From Podarcis tiliguerta (taxonomy: Eukaryota), in assembly GCA_965153285.1 (NCBI GenBank), contig OZ229112.1: a stretch of DNA of 64,000 bases; one strand, written 5' to 3'. This document shows, one piece after another, positions 1 through 14,283 of this stretch (the stretch's first letter is position 1; the number at the start of each line of letters is the position of its first letter). The notes under the pieces are model-generated. The model was given only the letters and a program-made list of their open reading frames with translations. It was not told the DNA's origin and did no database searches. The position numbers and the translations under genes are program-made.

Positions 1-798
1 ATTTATTTATTTGTCTAATGGATTCCTAGACGTGTAGGAGACAGTTACAAAGCCATGCAAGACACACACTTTAGGGTTTCAGGAAATCCTAATCTGCACT
101 GCCAGAAAACATGATGTTATGGACCATGTTTTGCAAATATGCAAAAACTTTTGAAGAAGGAGCTACACTTTTATTTGAACCTGTCAAAATTAGAAAGTTC
201 AGTCTTTTCCATTTCTCTAGATAATAATGTCAGTCAAAGCCACGTATCAGAGTCCTAGGTGGTCTATTGTTTCCTAGCTTTAATGCAATCTCTGGGTGGG
301 TATATAGCAATTTCACCACACATACTCATGGACCTGATGAGGGCTTCCAATCCCCCTAACTATCTGACAAGATAACACAGACAAGCATGCTATCCTGAGG
401 TTAGCAAGCTCACAAGGGGAGGAGGTGCTGGACATTAGGAAGGCAGGAGGGAGGCAAAGGGGAGCCAAACTTATCACTTTTGTATCTTACTTCTCACCCC
501 AAGGAAGATCAGACCTCCATACAAACTTGTGAAGTAGTAAAGTTACCCCAAGATATATATAGCCATTTCCAGAGCTATCCTTTCACAAGCAAGCATTGGG
601 AAAGAAAATACCCCCCCCCCCATTTGTTAATGAAACAATTGCTTTGATTCAATTCACACAGGAAGAAGAAAGCATGTTGTGTGGGAGATCTGTGACTGGA
701 TCTCTCAACACTGTGAATTGCATCCTTTTCACAGACAACGGTTTACCCAAGAATGAGACAAGGGTTTTGTGTAAGGAGTTACCATTGTCTTTTCGGCT

Positions 799-930
799 TG
801 CTAATAGGGAATACTGCTTGCATTGGTTTGAATGGGGAGCTAAAGGTGTCACTCAAAGGCTGACTGCTAATAGGGAATACTGCTTGCATTGGTTTGAATG
901 GGGAGCTAAAGGTGTCACTCAAAGGTTGAC
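799..930. repeat. 66-bp tandem duplication, one mismatch
   Basis: Units at 799-864 and 865-930. Confidence 0.95.
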
Positions 931-2389
931 TGGGCAATTTCATCCAGGCACTGAACAGACCCAAACCTGCTTAGCTTCAGTAAAATATCTTCGGGTTATG
1001 CTGCTGGCCTGGTTAAGAGAAGGAATGAACCATAGGATTACTGTTAGGCGGTCATGGGTCAATGCTGGCCCTTACTGGGCGAGTCTATTCAGAGGCTGCT
1101 TGAATGTCATCAACTGATAGATCACCAATACAACTTCTGCTTCATAATAACACCAATGCTACATTAGAAGACTGGCAGCTTCCTGAAGACAACAGGAATA
1201 CAAAGACATTTTCAAATGACTAGGCTTCCCAAAATGGCTGCATACACATTTGCGGGAGAAGACAACAATAGTACACACTGTGGGTAGTGAAATACTAATT
1301 TTCTTATAATAATTGATTCACATTTGGGGGTGACATTCAATCCAGAAATTCACAAGCAGAAGGTGTTGTGTTGCATTTGTCTCATTCACAAAAATATTCT
1401 AGACTTGACATGAAGATGTTAAATCTATGGATCAGAGCTACTCTTATAATTCTCAATTAGCAATCTCTATCGCAGCTGCCACCCTTCCTGGTGCGTCTAA
1501 ATTATACACAATTTCAGCTCATGTGCAAATCATCATTTCAAGCTTTGCTTGATTCGGAAAGGGGGGGGGGAGGTGTAACCACAGAACTCTGAAATGCCAC
1601 CTGCCAACTAAATGGCAGATAAATATTTAAACAGCAGCCACTTCATGCTGGGAAACTTGGCATGGCTGTTGAAGACAATCAGCAGCACCACGACAGAAAT
1701 GTGCATCCTGTATGGATTAGCTGAAGAGGCATGCTGGAGCAGGGCGGGGGGACTCTGACAAGAAAGACAGGATGGCGTGTGCTAAAATGGCAGAAAACAA
1801 AGTACTCTCTGGTTTACAGCAGTGGAAAAGCCTGCCTTGTGGAAATTCCTGCCTAGCTTAAAGAAAAAACATCAGTTATTACTGGGGATGGGGTAGGGGA
1901 GAATCTGCCCCAGGCAGTGAAAGAGGCCAAGATGCTTAGGTCTAGCTTTCACTGGCACAGAGCCATATATGCAATGAAAGGCTTAAGAGAACTTTCAGCT
2001 GGTGTCTCTGTGCCAACAATAGATATGAGCAGCAAAAATATTTACAGAACTAAAGTGGGATGAGACCAGAAGGTGGGAAGTCATGCTGGGGCTTAATATA
2101 AACAAGAGCACCATTCGAGAGCCTAGTTGTGACCCATGTTGGCTTACCTCAACCCGCGGGGAGTGTCTGCACAGGGAGCCCCGACAGATGGGGAAGAATG
2201 ACTCAATCCAAAATTCATGTCACCTCCTAGCACAAGATCTCTTTTCACACATGCTGTTCTGCCCAGGCCACCCCTTGCCACAAGGGATATATTAATAGCA
2301 ACATGTTCATACTGTACATATTGTAGGAACGCAAGCACTTCCATAGGAAGGGTGAAGTCAGAGCTGTAAAAACCAAAGCAAACCATTTT

Positions 2390-2545
2390 TTTTACTTGCA
2401 CTTTGACGTGCTTTCGAACTGCTAGGCTGGCAGGAGCAGGGACTGAGCAACGGGAGCTCACCTGGTCGTGGGGATTCGAACCGCCTACCTTCTGATCGGC
2501 AAGCCCTAGGCTCTGTGGTTTAGACCACAGCACCACCTGCATCCC
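2390..2545 (-). mobile_element. Sauria SINE, 5' (tRNA-related) half only
   Basis: Reverse complement of the head shared with the full-length copies (GCTGTGG..AAACCACAGAGCCTAGGGCTTGCCGATC..GGTTCGAATCCC..AAAGTGCAAGT). Confidence 0.85.
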
Positions 2546-2963
2546 ACACAAACAGCAATAAATGCCACTTATTAAAACTTATTAAAACAACAACAACACA
2601 TGCACAAAATTAGGATTGCAACTTTTAAAACAGAGAAATATGTCAAATCAGCAGGTGCCAGTTTTAAATGACGACAACACGTTTAAATTAGTGGAGATGG
2701 GAGCTAAGATCACACTTTTAACAAGCTGGTCATGTAATGCTGCTGTAAAAACAGGGGATTAAAAACAAAATATTAAAGAGGGGGATTCAACAAGAGGTGG
2801 TGTGTTGCAAAAGGGTTGAAGCAGTGCTTTTCTTCCAGAAAAAAAAGGTGTGGGTAGTGCATACCCTTGAGTGCACCCAGAAAAAGCACTGGATTAAAGC
2901 AACTCAAGGATAACTATACTGCAAGAATGCAGAATGCTGGTTATTATGATGCTAAAAGCAATA

Positions 2964-3189
2964 CAGTGGTACCTTGGGTTACATACACTTCAAGTTCCAG
3001 ACTCTGCTAACCTAGAAATATTACCTCGGGTTAAGAACTTTGCTTCAGAATGAGAACAGAAATCATGCTCCAGCAGCGCGGCAGCAGCAGGAGGCCCTAT
3101 TAGCTAAAGTGGTGCTTCAGGTTAAGAACAGTTTCAGGTTAAGAACGGACCTCCAGAACGAATTAAGTACTTAACCCGAGGTACCACTG
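2964..3189. mobile_element. Tc1/mariner (Tigger-like) MITE
   Basis: TIR CAGTGGTACCT.GGGTTA and TA TSD. Confidence 0.85.
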
Positions 3190-4177
3190 TATAAAAATAT
3201 GTGTTTCACAGGACCCTAATATATACATTCATTCCTAATATACATATACAAGTATTGCAAGATAAGCTTAGCCGACACAGAATTTTGCTCAGTTTCTGCA
3301 CCATGAGAAATGCATGGTGACCACAAATTCCATAAAAGCACTAGCTACCTTTAAAACTGCAAAAACCCTGAAGACATATTATGTAATACATTGTTCTTCA
3401 GCAAAGCACAGCATCAAATACAAGGAACCGCCTCGGAGGTCCATGCAAAATATGATTCCCACTAAAAATACAACATTGCTTTTCAAAACTGGTTATATAG
3501 GAACACAATCCCCACCCACCCATTTTATCCTCCTCACAACAAAACCCAGTCAGGTAGGTTAGGTTGAAAGTTACTACAAAAATCTCTGTGGAGAGGATAC
3601 TTGAATGGACAATGCATAAATAAACGTATTGCTTGAGTACTGCATATCAAACTTAAAAGAATGTAATACTGGACAAGTTACTGCAGCTATATGTTGTTCT
3701 TGTATTTACCTGAAAATCAATAAAAAAATTTGGATTTTTTTTTTTAAGTTACTGGCCCAGGATCATTCAGTGAGCTTAATGGATCAGAAGGGGGGGGGGA
3801 TCACCCCAGGACTCCCAGCTCCCACAATCCATCATTCTAACCACTACACCACACCATAGACAGAAGGACAATAAAGCCTATTCCTTCTTATTGTTTGTTT
3901 AATCCAGGGTTCCCCAAACCTGGGTCTCCAGCTGCTTTTGGTCTACAATTCCCATCATCTCCAACCACTGGTCCCGCTAGCCAGGGATGATGGGAGTTGT
4001 AGTCCAACAACAGCTCGAAACCTATCTTTGGGAAACTCTGGTCACAGAAAAAATGGCAATGAATAATTTCCACTATCTGCCATGTTGATTGTCCATGCTC
4101 AGAAACAAAAAAATGTCCCATTCATTATTTTTTTAAATTCCCCAACCCCAAACACAGCTAAGAAAGTGAAAATGACG

Positions 4178-4546
4178 ATGAAAATGATGGATTTTGCAGA
4201 ACTGGATAGAATGACAGGAAGAATTAGGAATTGACGAGATCAGAGATTTATTGAAGAATGGGAAAAATTCTCAGAATATATGCATAATTTAAGTGAAAAA
4301 CAAATAATGCTTGTAACGTTCAGAGAAGCTTTGTAAAAATGAAAGTTAAAATTATGGATTGAAAGCAGATTTAATTTAAGAAGTAGATATGAACCAAGAA
4401 ATGTGTGGAAAATTGAGAAGGGAAGGAGTACCAGCCAAGTTGAGGGAAGTCAAAAATGAGAGAATGGTTTTATAAATTGTTTGAATTGTATTAATTTGTC
4501 TTATTTGTAAACTGAATAAAAATTATATTTTTTTATTAAAAAAAAA
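4178..4546 (+). mobile_element. 5'-truncated L1/Tx1-type LINE 3' end
   Basis: ORF2-end-like MMDFAELDRMTGRIR..FIEEWEKF, then AATAAA and a poly(A) tail. 18-bp TSD AAGAAAGTGAAAATGACG at 4160-4177 and 4545-4562. Confidence 0.8.
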
Positions 4547-5425
4547 GAAAGTGAAAATGACGGCAGGATCAGAACGATTCTGTCTCATTCCTGTTGGCCA
4601 GTATTAACTTCCCTTGTTCTACTGACTCAGTACTTCTGTGTGCCATATTAGCAGCTGTCCATGCTAGCTCTTCAGGATGAGAGACAGATTGATGCACCAG
4701 GAGATACTTAATCGCACCAGTAATTATTCACATGTTATCACCTCTGTGACTTATTTCCAATCACACATAGATACATTTCACGCTGTGATATATTTTTCAC
4801 ACATAGGCTGCCCCGATGGAAAGAGCATAAGGGACAGCTGCCAGCTCCACAGCTAGAGAGGCCTTCTGTCTTCTGGCAGGGTTCCTGTACACTGAAACAG
4901 CTGCACAGACAGGCAGAAATCCGGCAGGTACAGTTTTACGCGGCAAGGAGACGTAACGAAAGGGGAATCGGCAGCCGCTGAACTGTGCCTCGCATGCTGC
5001 TGTTCAAGCCACCCTGACAACGTTGCAACCTTATCCACAGCTCGCCCCCGGTATCTCAAATGTTACAGCAGCATCAGGACTGATTGCTTAACACTGTCTT
5101 TCGCACTTACAATGTCTGATACAGTATCCAGGTCTAAAATAGAACTTGGATGTGATGTGGTTAATCAAACCAAACACAGTTGGTGCAGGGCTGGCCCCAG
5201 ACATTTTGCTGCCTGGGATGTAATGGCATGTGCTGCTTCTCTCCTCGCCCCCCCACCCGCCAGCTCGAGGGGCACAGCACCAAAGGCTTGCCAAGTCATT
5301 TGGCACCAGTGGTAGAAAATCCCACATTTCAGGAATAAAAACACAACTCTTATTCATTCATTCGTTCGTTTATTCAATTTCTATCCTACCCTTCCTCCTG
5401 AAAGAGCCCAGAGTCACAAATATAT

Positions 5426-5452
5426 TGATGATGATGATGATGATGATGATGA
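5426..5452. repeat. (TGA)n microsatellite
   Basis: Read directly from the sequence; it explains the poly-Met stretch in ORF 5230-5511. Confidence 0.95.
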
Positions 5453-6620
5453 TAACAGTTATCCCAGAGTGCCCAGGAAGGGTGTACTTTAGCCATCAAA
5501 TGCCTGGGTAAACAAGAATGTTTTTAAATTTCTCCTGAAAGTCAATAATGAGACACATGTCACTGGAAAAGGCACTCCACAAATGGAGAACTGCCACCGA
5601 AAAGGCTGTGTTACAGGTCAATGCCTGCCAGGCAGCTGCCGGTAGTGCAAGCGTCCAAGATGGTTGATGCTGGGGAAGGCACTCTTTTTATGTAGGTTCC
5701 AAGCTCTTTAGGGCTTTGTCTACTAGTACTAACACTCTGAATTGGTCCTCACTGGCAGCCAGTGCAGCTTTCAGGACTGGTGACACAGGTTCCACTGGGT
5801 TGCCCCACTTATCATCTGCAAGAGCTGCAGCCTCTGGGCCCTCTTCAAGGGCAGCCCTACATATAGCCAGTAGCCAAGATGGGAGCTCACCAGAGCATGA
5901 GCAACTGAGCTATCACAGTAGCTGGAGAATCAGCTTAAATTAGGCATAAGCACTCCTAGTTACAGAAGTCACTTGAGACCCTACTGACAAGTTGGAATCC
6001 AGAAGTACTTGTTTCTTCAGTGGGGAGCTGCAAACCTTCCAGAACAGGTTGCACACCTAATTGCTGGACATGGGAATCACCCACCCACAGCGCTTCTGCC
6101 TTATTGGGATTCAGCCATAATTAATTGGCCCCGATCAGCCCTTCACTGCTTCCAGACACCTGTGAAACACCTTCATGGTCCCTCCTGATTGTGATGGAAT
6201 GGAGATAAAGCTGTGTGTCATCAGCACATGGGTGACACTGTGTTCCAAATCCCCAGGTGACAGCTCCCGACGGTTTCATGTAGATTTTAAATAGCTCAGG
6301 AGACAGAACAGACACTTGTGAGACATCAGAGTCCAGAGCCACTGAACTGAGCAACAACCTCTGATTACTACTTTCTGGTAGCAATCCTATGGGTAGCAGC
6401 AGAACTACAGTGATACGTTACCTCCAGTTTCCACCTCCTTGTGTTGCTCCAGAAAAACACTATGGTCAATGGTGTCAAAAACCACTGAGATGTCTAGGAA
6501 AACTAATAGGTTCACACTACCCTGTTTTACTCCATTTGAAGGTCATTTATAAGGGTGACTAAGGCTGATTCAGCATCCAAACCGGAAAGGATCTTGATAA
6601 TACACTTCTTCCAGGCACAC
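5450..6620 (-). mobile_element. Degenerate L2-clade LINE reverse-transcriptase fragment
   Basis: Decayed RT motifs: VSQVSVLSPELFKIYMKP..CADDTQLYL and LDISVVFDTIDH. Confidence 0.8.
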
Positions 6621-9600
6621 CTGCAGAACTAAAGTCGGGATATTCTCCAACTCCTCACCAGATTACTTCAGACAGCTTAGTCAGGGAGGTGGTTGGGCAG
6701 TAGGGAGGACAGTATACCAACAAGACTTGCCTCCCAACACCACATATAAACCCTCCCATCCAGTTCCCAGATGGACTGACCACCTGGGGAGAATGATAAA
6801 ACTTTTATGGATCACTACCCTGTCCCCTCCACGTCTCTCTAACCTTGACTGAACCTGTACCTTCATGACACCTAAAATGAGCTGCCTGAGTAGCTACTCC
6901 ACTCTACCTCATGGTAGGGTTTGGCCCTATGAGAAAAACTTCAGCCTTCACCTTCCATAGAAGACAACTAGACCTAATCTTCACCAAAGAAATTAGTTTC
7001 TTGGTAGTTGATTCAGGCACAATCATGCTTACAGTTGCAGAAGCTCAATAACATGGCTCACTCACACATATATACATCCAGGGCTGGTTCAAGACCACAA
7101 AATGCTTCCCTCCACCAGGGAAGAAGGAATGAGTGATGATCTACATCAGGAACAAGGCGGTAATAAAGATCTACACTAAGAAAGAAGTGGGAATAAGGAT
7201 CTACTTTAGGTACGAAAAGTGGGGGAAGGCCTACTTTGGGGGGAAAGGGTGGGAGAAGACCAAGAGTGCCTCCTATCCACCAAGAGGCCGCTCTAGAGGC
7301 AGCACTGATGGGGGGATGCCAAGGAAGAGGCAGATCTGGCCTCCAGAAAGTGTATCACAGGTGTCGCTGACACTGAAGCAGTGACAGCAGCCGTGGGCAA
7401 GGCATTCCTTGGAGGCTGGATCTGCTGCCACTGTGAATCCTGCCACCCAAGGTGATCACCTCACCTTGCCTCATGGGTGTGGTCAGCTCTGCATGCGTCT
7501 CAAAGCAATTTACAAGCATACCATACAACCAGTTTAGAAACAGTACAAAAGACAACTGAAGAGAGGTTGGAAAAACAATTCAAAATGAACACCTAAGGCA
7601 GAGCCCTTTTCATCCAGCTGGAAAAGCTTGTCAAAACAAAAATGTCTTCAACTATTTCCGGGAAATACAGTGAGTGGATGCCTCTCATATCTCATCAGGG
7701 ATGCTGCTCCACATGGTTTATCATGCTGCATATTTCCCTACCTTCCTACCCTATTATTGGTGGGAGGGGAAATTATTGCTGAGACAGGGAAAGTTTTGCT
7801 ACACTATGATGAGGGAGAGGAAGCCTGAGACACAGTTGCTGCTTGGAATATTCAGAAGATACTTGGTTAGACTCAGAAGACATTTATGGAGTGAAAGACA
7901 TGCTACTCTGTACTTAATGCAGTGCAGAAATAACTTACATTATTTCAGGAATACAGAACAGAAACTGGAGGAAAAGAAACAACAAGGAAAAGAAACCCAC
8001 AACAACAGGAGCCAGTGAACAATCAATGAGTACTCTCACTTACAAAATATTGCCAGAGTTGTCTATTTTGAACAAAATCAATTTAGCCCAAGGTGCCTTT
8101 CCATAATGAACCATTCACAGACAGTGGTCTGCAATTACTTTCTTTTTTGGTGGCACAATCAATAAACAGTAACGTTTTCTAATAAAGTTGCCTTCCTTAC
8201 AATTCCTAATTGGTTGCAATTGATGAGCAATTTCCCCCCATTAAAGTCAATGTCTATGCTTGGTGGCTCCTTTTTTCCAATCTTAAGTGCACCGTCCCAT
8301 TTCCACATCAGCTTGCAGCAATCCTTTTTAAACTCTGGACAAAAATATATACAGACTGGGGTGTAACAGGGTAGGGCATACTTATGTGTGCTCCACCAAT
8401 GCACACAGGGTCTGGGAACAGAACCCCCGCACAAAATGGTAGCCGCCTGTATGTATTTTGATGTACGTTTCTCCCACACATTTTTGTATGCAATTTTGCC
8501 TCGTAAATACATTTTTGCACAGAATTTTTAACAACACTTATTTTTGCACAGTATCAAGTAATATATGCTTTTCTGTGTGTGCACCCTTTCCTGTCAAATA
8601 AAGATTTGGCATTTTTAATGTTTGGCTGGTTAGCTGCATTGCAAAATTCAGGAAAAAATGTGAATTCCTGTCACACTCCCATGGGGGCCAGGAGATATAA
8701 GTCTTTCACCAAAGCATTCACTAAGGATACCATTGAGGGAGTGCAGTGTAGTGCAGTGCAAAGAAACTGGGGACAAACACAAGGTTCAAAACATGATCCA
8801 GAAACAACCCTTCCAAGATCAGTTAACACAGGGTGTCCCAGCACCATGTAGCTCAGCAATCATAGAAGACTAGGTTTAGGAACGAAGAGCCTTTCCTCCA
8901 GCAATTGGATGGCTCAAGAGGGAGACCTTTAATACTACAGACTCCTAAACTACATCCTTACCTCAGCAGCCGACAATGAAGCAGTTTTGGGGATTATTTA
9001 CTCACAGGGAGACACCCGCACTCACAACCCAAGGTCCATAGATGTATGCTATGTTGCTGCTCTTTGTCTCAAATCTTTTGGTTTGGGCATTCTCGAGAAC
9101 TCTGGAGGGTGACTCCACCTCTTCCTCTGCTCTTCGGCAGGGCTCCCCACCACCAGGAGGCCCCTCAAGGAGACCCTTAGCACTGTTTCCAAGGGACCCT
9201 GCCTGCTCCTCAACACCCTTGACCTGTGTGGAGTCTGAGCCATCCTTTCAGGACTCGGTGTCTGGTACCAAGTCAGTGCCAGGCTTGGCAATTTCACAGC
9301 AGCATTTCCGTTCTTACGTGAGTTCAGGGACTACAATTTAGGTGTGCTCAAATGGAATGAATTTCTACTTCATCCCTACTCAGAAGTTCTGCTGCGCCTA
9401 TGTGTCTTACTATGGAGTTATGTGTGTTTACAGCCAAAGGGTTTTTGAAAAGCACACACTCCATCACCATCAACAGAGTTTCCTGTATTGGACTTTACGA
9501 TTAAAATGGTGGCAAATAACACAAGATACCTAAACATGAAAGAAGAAAAAGGTTATTTATCCAGAAGATTTCTGTGAACTCAAGTATGCTGAATAAACAC

Positions 9601-11742
9601 AGCAAGCTGCTGAATACAAAGGTCACTGGATTAACATGGCAGCAGATTTACAAAAAATCAAGTTGAGTTTTACTTATCCAAGTAATTGTTCACCTGTCAA
9701 AGTATGAGTCACAAAAGAAGTAGTAACAAGCACCATGGAACTGAACAAATTCACCCATGCTGCCACATTTCTATAAAGATGTTCAGAGTAATGTGGCTTA
9801 AATATGTGGTTAATAATAAATTGGTATCTCTGCATTTTGGGTTGGTTTCCCTGCCCCACTTTAAGGAAATTCTAGGATGGTAGCCATGTAGCCTGAAGTC
9901 TTCTAGTCTGCTCCTTCTTTCCATTACCAGAATGGTGATAAATATATCATCATAGTCATCTCAAGGGAGAGTTATTTTTTGCCACTTCTTGCAAGTTTCT
10001 GCCAGTTATTGCAATTATTAATGGCCACAGCAGCCAAGTTTAGCTTGCTTTACAGTGGTTCTCAGAATCAAGAAAAAAAGCCGGCTAAAAAAGGATTATA
10101 GGATCATAGTACAAGAGTTGGGTCTTTGTATAACTCCATCAGTAATGACATCTCAGCATCACACACATACTATTCTCCAGCTATGTCAGAAGTGAGGCAC
10201 CTCCTCCCAGATCATCAGAACTTCTGCTGCATGGAGACAGCACTCAGATACCTTTTTGGAGAACAGTTCTTAATCTTTACTGACTCTGAATGAACCCAGT
10301 AAATACAACAGTAATCTATGGATCATTTCCAAATCCCAATTTCATTCTGTGCTGAGTCAGTGATTTTGGTAATAAGAACAAGCAGTTAAAGGCACACAAT
10401 ATAAAAATGGAAGGAGGGGGGCTCACCTACTTTAAAAAAACCCAATTTCATTAAGAACCTAACAACTTTAAGCAATGCTTAAAAACACTCCTCTTTATGT
10501 CAACATTTGTCAAACACGAGATATGGTTTGCAGTGGCTTTACATGACAGAAGTCCTCTTCTTCCCTTAGTGACATGGTAATTTTCAGTTGTCTCACAAGG
10601 ACACCCTTGCAGAATTGGGCTGCAAAACTCAGAACTGAGCAAACTTCACCACCTTCATATTGTCTTCTGCCAAGTAACGTTCCACAAGATCTGTCTGCGA
10701 AGCAACTGTCTGGAGGTGGGGTGCTTTTCTCTGTGTGCCACATTATAATGGCAGAATTCCCCCCCCCCCCATCATCTGGATCTACCTGCAGTTTTGAATT
10801 TTGCACCTTTTCCCAAAAAAACCACTGGTGTACATTCAGCACAATGCAGCTTCCTGTTTTCTGCCATTGCAACAATCACAGTTCACAACCACACATGCAG
10901 AGCTTGCGTGCAAAGAGCTGTATGTGCATGATGGCTGCTCCTCACAGAAAAGCCAGCTCTTACTCAGTGCTGCAACACTATCAGCAGCAGTAACAGAGGT
11001 GGGAACAGACAAAGGGGGCTCTGCAATCTCTGTGGGCTACTACCTGCACACACACCGTCCCCCAGGCACACACATTAAAATTGCCCTACCCACTAACATG
11101 ACACTCCACTTCTTCATGCTGATTTTCTTTTAACATTCTGCTTCTTCGGACTGCCTCAACCACACCCCAGATTCTTGGGTTCTACCCTTTTTAATGCTGG
11201 GGTCTGCCCTGTAGCCTATGGTCATTTGAAAGAGAGTCCCATATTTCAGGTTGTGATTACAGGTGAGTCCCAGCTCTTAGTAAGCTGAAGACCACTGCAC
11301 CCGAACACTGATAGGCTTTCTAGCTGCTCTCCACAAATAACATCATAAGTGTTCAGTATGTACTGAGCAGTAGAGGAAAGGGTAAAAAAACAGCAAGGCA
11401 GGAGTGGAGTCATTTGTGCTGTACTGAAGAAATCAATCTTCTGCTTTGCTTTCTGTAGTGATGACAACATGAATAGCTAGACTACAACCTCTGGTCCTTT
11501 TTATGAAATGGGTGGGGAGAGGGAGAGAAAAGCTAGAAGGGTCAGGGTACTTCTTTTAGTTAAATAACCTGAGCAACAATTATCCAAATTCATGTAAATC
11601 AATAGCATTTTGGATAACCTGAATGCCGTTATACAAAGATGTAGGACATCACGAATCAGTATGGAGAAATGAATATGGTTGGACTGCAAACGGAAAATAA
11701 CAATCTGAAAACACAAAATAGTCTATTCATAATGGAACTTAC

Positions 11743-11790
11743 CTGTATAATGGACCACACATGTCTGGCCTTTCTTTGGAAATGTCCTTC
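11743..11790 (-). CDS. FKBP1B: FKBP1B coding exon 2, (G)RTFPKKGQTCVVHYT(G)
   Basis: 48-nt exon with CAG acceptor and GTAAGT donor, in phase with exon 1. E3 and PKKGQ (rather than Q3/PKRGQ), plus synteny with WDCP and MFSD2B, favour FKBP1B over FKBP1A. I could not find exon 3 in the window. Confidence 0.95.
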
Positions 11791-12554
11791 CTGTTTAAAA
11801 ACATGAACAAACGCATACGTTAAAAATGCTGTTGAACATCCTTTTAGAAAAGCGGATGTTTAAAAAGAGTCAAAGCAGAATAAACTCATTCATATCGAAA
11901 CCTACATTAAATACAAGATAAAATGGAAATTGAATAATTTGGGTTTTCTGTGTTAAAAACACTGACCAGTGTAAGAAAAAAAAGGTGCAGAGGCAGAGAT
12001 GGTGTCATGTAGTGTGGATGACATTGTAATCACATACCTGTAGCTGATGCTGGTCTCACCCTCCCACAGAGTGGCTTATATGTGCAATTTGGAAAGCAGG
12101 GGGAACAGATTTCAATTTTCAGTGACCATCAATTTAAACAATACAATTGGGATCATTCCTTTACTACTGACCCTATGAAGCCTCAGACATGGGAGAGTCT
12201 AAAATAAATAGTGTGGTTTTTTAACTAAATGACAACCATGCCTAAAGAAGGCCCACAAATATGATTTCAAAGAGCAGTGACCAAAAGCTTGATTTCGGCC
12301 AGCTTCTAGTTTGCTTCATCACAGGACCATTTTCAACAAAGTTATTAGTGACACAGGGAGGCAAACGGCACTAGAATGTGCCTCATACTGGGATCATGAT
12401 GCCTTCCACTTTGCCCCTGTAAAATCCTTTTGCTGAACATCTGGTCCACAGGGGATACACTTACTTTGTAAGTAGGAAATGAGACAGCTTAGTTTTGATC
12501 GGCTACCTTGAGAATGAAAGAGCAGTCCTGCTCATTCAGACCAAAGACCTAGAA

Positions 12555-12903
12555 TAATAGAATTTTAGAGTTGGAAGGAGACCCGAGAGTCATCTAGTCC
12601 CCTGCAATGTAGGAATATTTTGCCCAACGTAGGACTGGAAGATATTTCAAAAAGTTCCAAAGTTGTTGAGCAAAAATAAATAAATTGGAGCTATTTTTTC
12701 AGGTAAATCATCAGCAATGACACTACCAATATGACTTGCCATGCGTCCGGATTTCCCTGGACATTTTTAGCGATTTCTGCAACAGACACTGTTTCCGAAT
12801 GCGGTATTCCGGCTATGTCCAGGAAATTCCAGAGGTATGGCAACCCTACTTGAACCCACAATCCTGAGATTAAGAGTCTCATGCACTACTGACTGAGCTA
12901 TCT
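12555..12903 (-). mobile_element. tRNA-Lys/CR1-tail SINE interrupted by a TAGGGTTGCC-type hAT MITE (~12640-12848)
   Basis: SINE tail at 12555-12640 and head at 12850-12903, separated by an insert ending in ATGGCAACCCTA. Confidence 0.7.
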
Positions 12904-14146
12904 AGTCAAGCATGGTGGCCAATCAGATGTCCCAGGGAAGCCCACAGGCAAGACAAAAGGGCACTTATTCACCTGCCCAAATCTGTAGACTATTGTCCAC
13001 AATAATTACATTCACCAGACAGGGGCTATAAATCTGGTGAAACTGAAGAGTTATGGCTGGCTGAACACGCTGTACCATTTTAGAATGAGCAGAGCATTTG
13101 AGGTTTTACAGGATTCTTCCTCTGTGCTGTGAGCTGGGCTAAATTGCCATCGTTCTATTGTATGTTCTCAAACCAAGCTGCACCCACGACGAAGACTTCT
13201 TCAAAGTCAATGTCTGGCTAATGGCTAAGTGGCACACATTTCCTTCATGGCAAAAAGCTATCTCCACATGTTACTGTCAGCCACAAAACCCTGCTAATTC
13301 CCATTCACTGATCACCCCCACCCCGTTACAACAGGAGTTCTTTGCTTTGCTAGCTCTGCAGTTGCAGCAGTGGTCTGTTCAATAAGAGCCTTCTCCAGGT
13401 TTTCACAGAGGAGCAAGCCTGAAGCCTTGTCTCTCTCCTGAATGGAGAGGCTCACATTTTAAACAGGGAAGTGCAGCGTACTATAATTTGCTCTTGTTAC
13501 TAAATTACTTCACTGCGCTTGGATTTATGCAGCTGTCAGCAAATGCCATTTAAATATCCCTAATCGCTTGTGGCTGCCGATGCTGCTGCCAAAGAAGCAG
13601 AAGACTGCAGCCCACCGATCCACAGAGCCCTCTGGGCATTTTCCCTCATTATGTTGCTCAGGACAGGCACCCTCCACCATATTCTAAGCCAGGGAGTCTC
13701 AAGTTTCCCCCCACCTGACAGCAGGAAAACACCGCTCCCATCCTCCACCATATATATATGTATATTTGCATTTAGCATTTTTTCACGCATTTTGCATTTT
13801 AAAATTCCTGTTCCGAACATCCTGTAGGTTCCACTTTCTCCGATCCTGCCTGATTCAATCTCCTGAGACAGCCAGAGAAAGAGACAGTCACCTACCCATT
13901 CAGCCCTCTCTGACCTCAAATATCCCTCTGAAATGATAGGAAATCCGATCCCTTCGTCAGCCGCAGTTGGGCTGAAATATACTTTACAAGCTTGGCAAGG
14001 TGGACAAGAGTGATGGCCAAGGCAGGAGAGAGCCAAAGAGCCACAGGGTACTGACCAGGGTGTGGAGAGCAGGAGGACGCACTGCACCTCAAATAAGGTA
14101 CCCAGAAACCCTGAACACGCACCTGCGTTGCACTGAGCTGGCCCTC

Positions 14147-14283
14147 AACAGCTCCTTCAGTGGAGCATGAAGCTCTTAAATCTCAGAGTCGTGGGTTCGA
14201 GTCCCACGGTGGGCAAAAGATTCCTGCATTGCAGAGGGCTGGACTAGATGATCGCTGGGGTCCCTTCCAACTGGACAATTCCA
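14147..14283 (+). mobile_element. tRNA-Lys-derived SINE with CR1-like 3' tail (resembles the lacertid P.s.1-type SINE)
   Basis: Head ..GCATGA..CTCTTAA.TCTCAG.GTCGTGGGTTCGAGTCCCAC and tail GGACTAGATGA..GTCCCTTCCAACT similar to the CR1 3'UTR. A 3'-only copy lies at 15068-15138. Confidence 0.8.

Noticed and set aside
596-1117. 173-aa ORF with a repeated 22-aa peptide
   Set aside because: The repeat comes from the 66-bp tandem duplication. It starts at TTG, lies antisense in the FKBP1B intron and has no recognisable homology.
14147-14225. tRNA-like sequences (also 12850-12903, 16112-16180 and the SINE heads)
   Set aside because: They are degenerate, lack an intact cloverleaf and run into SINE bodies, so they are not tRNA genes.
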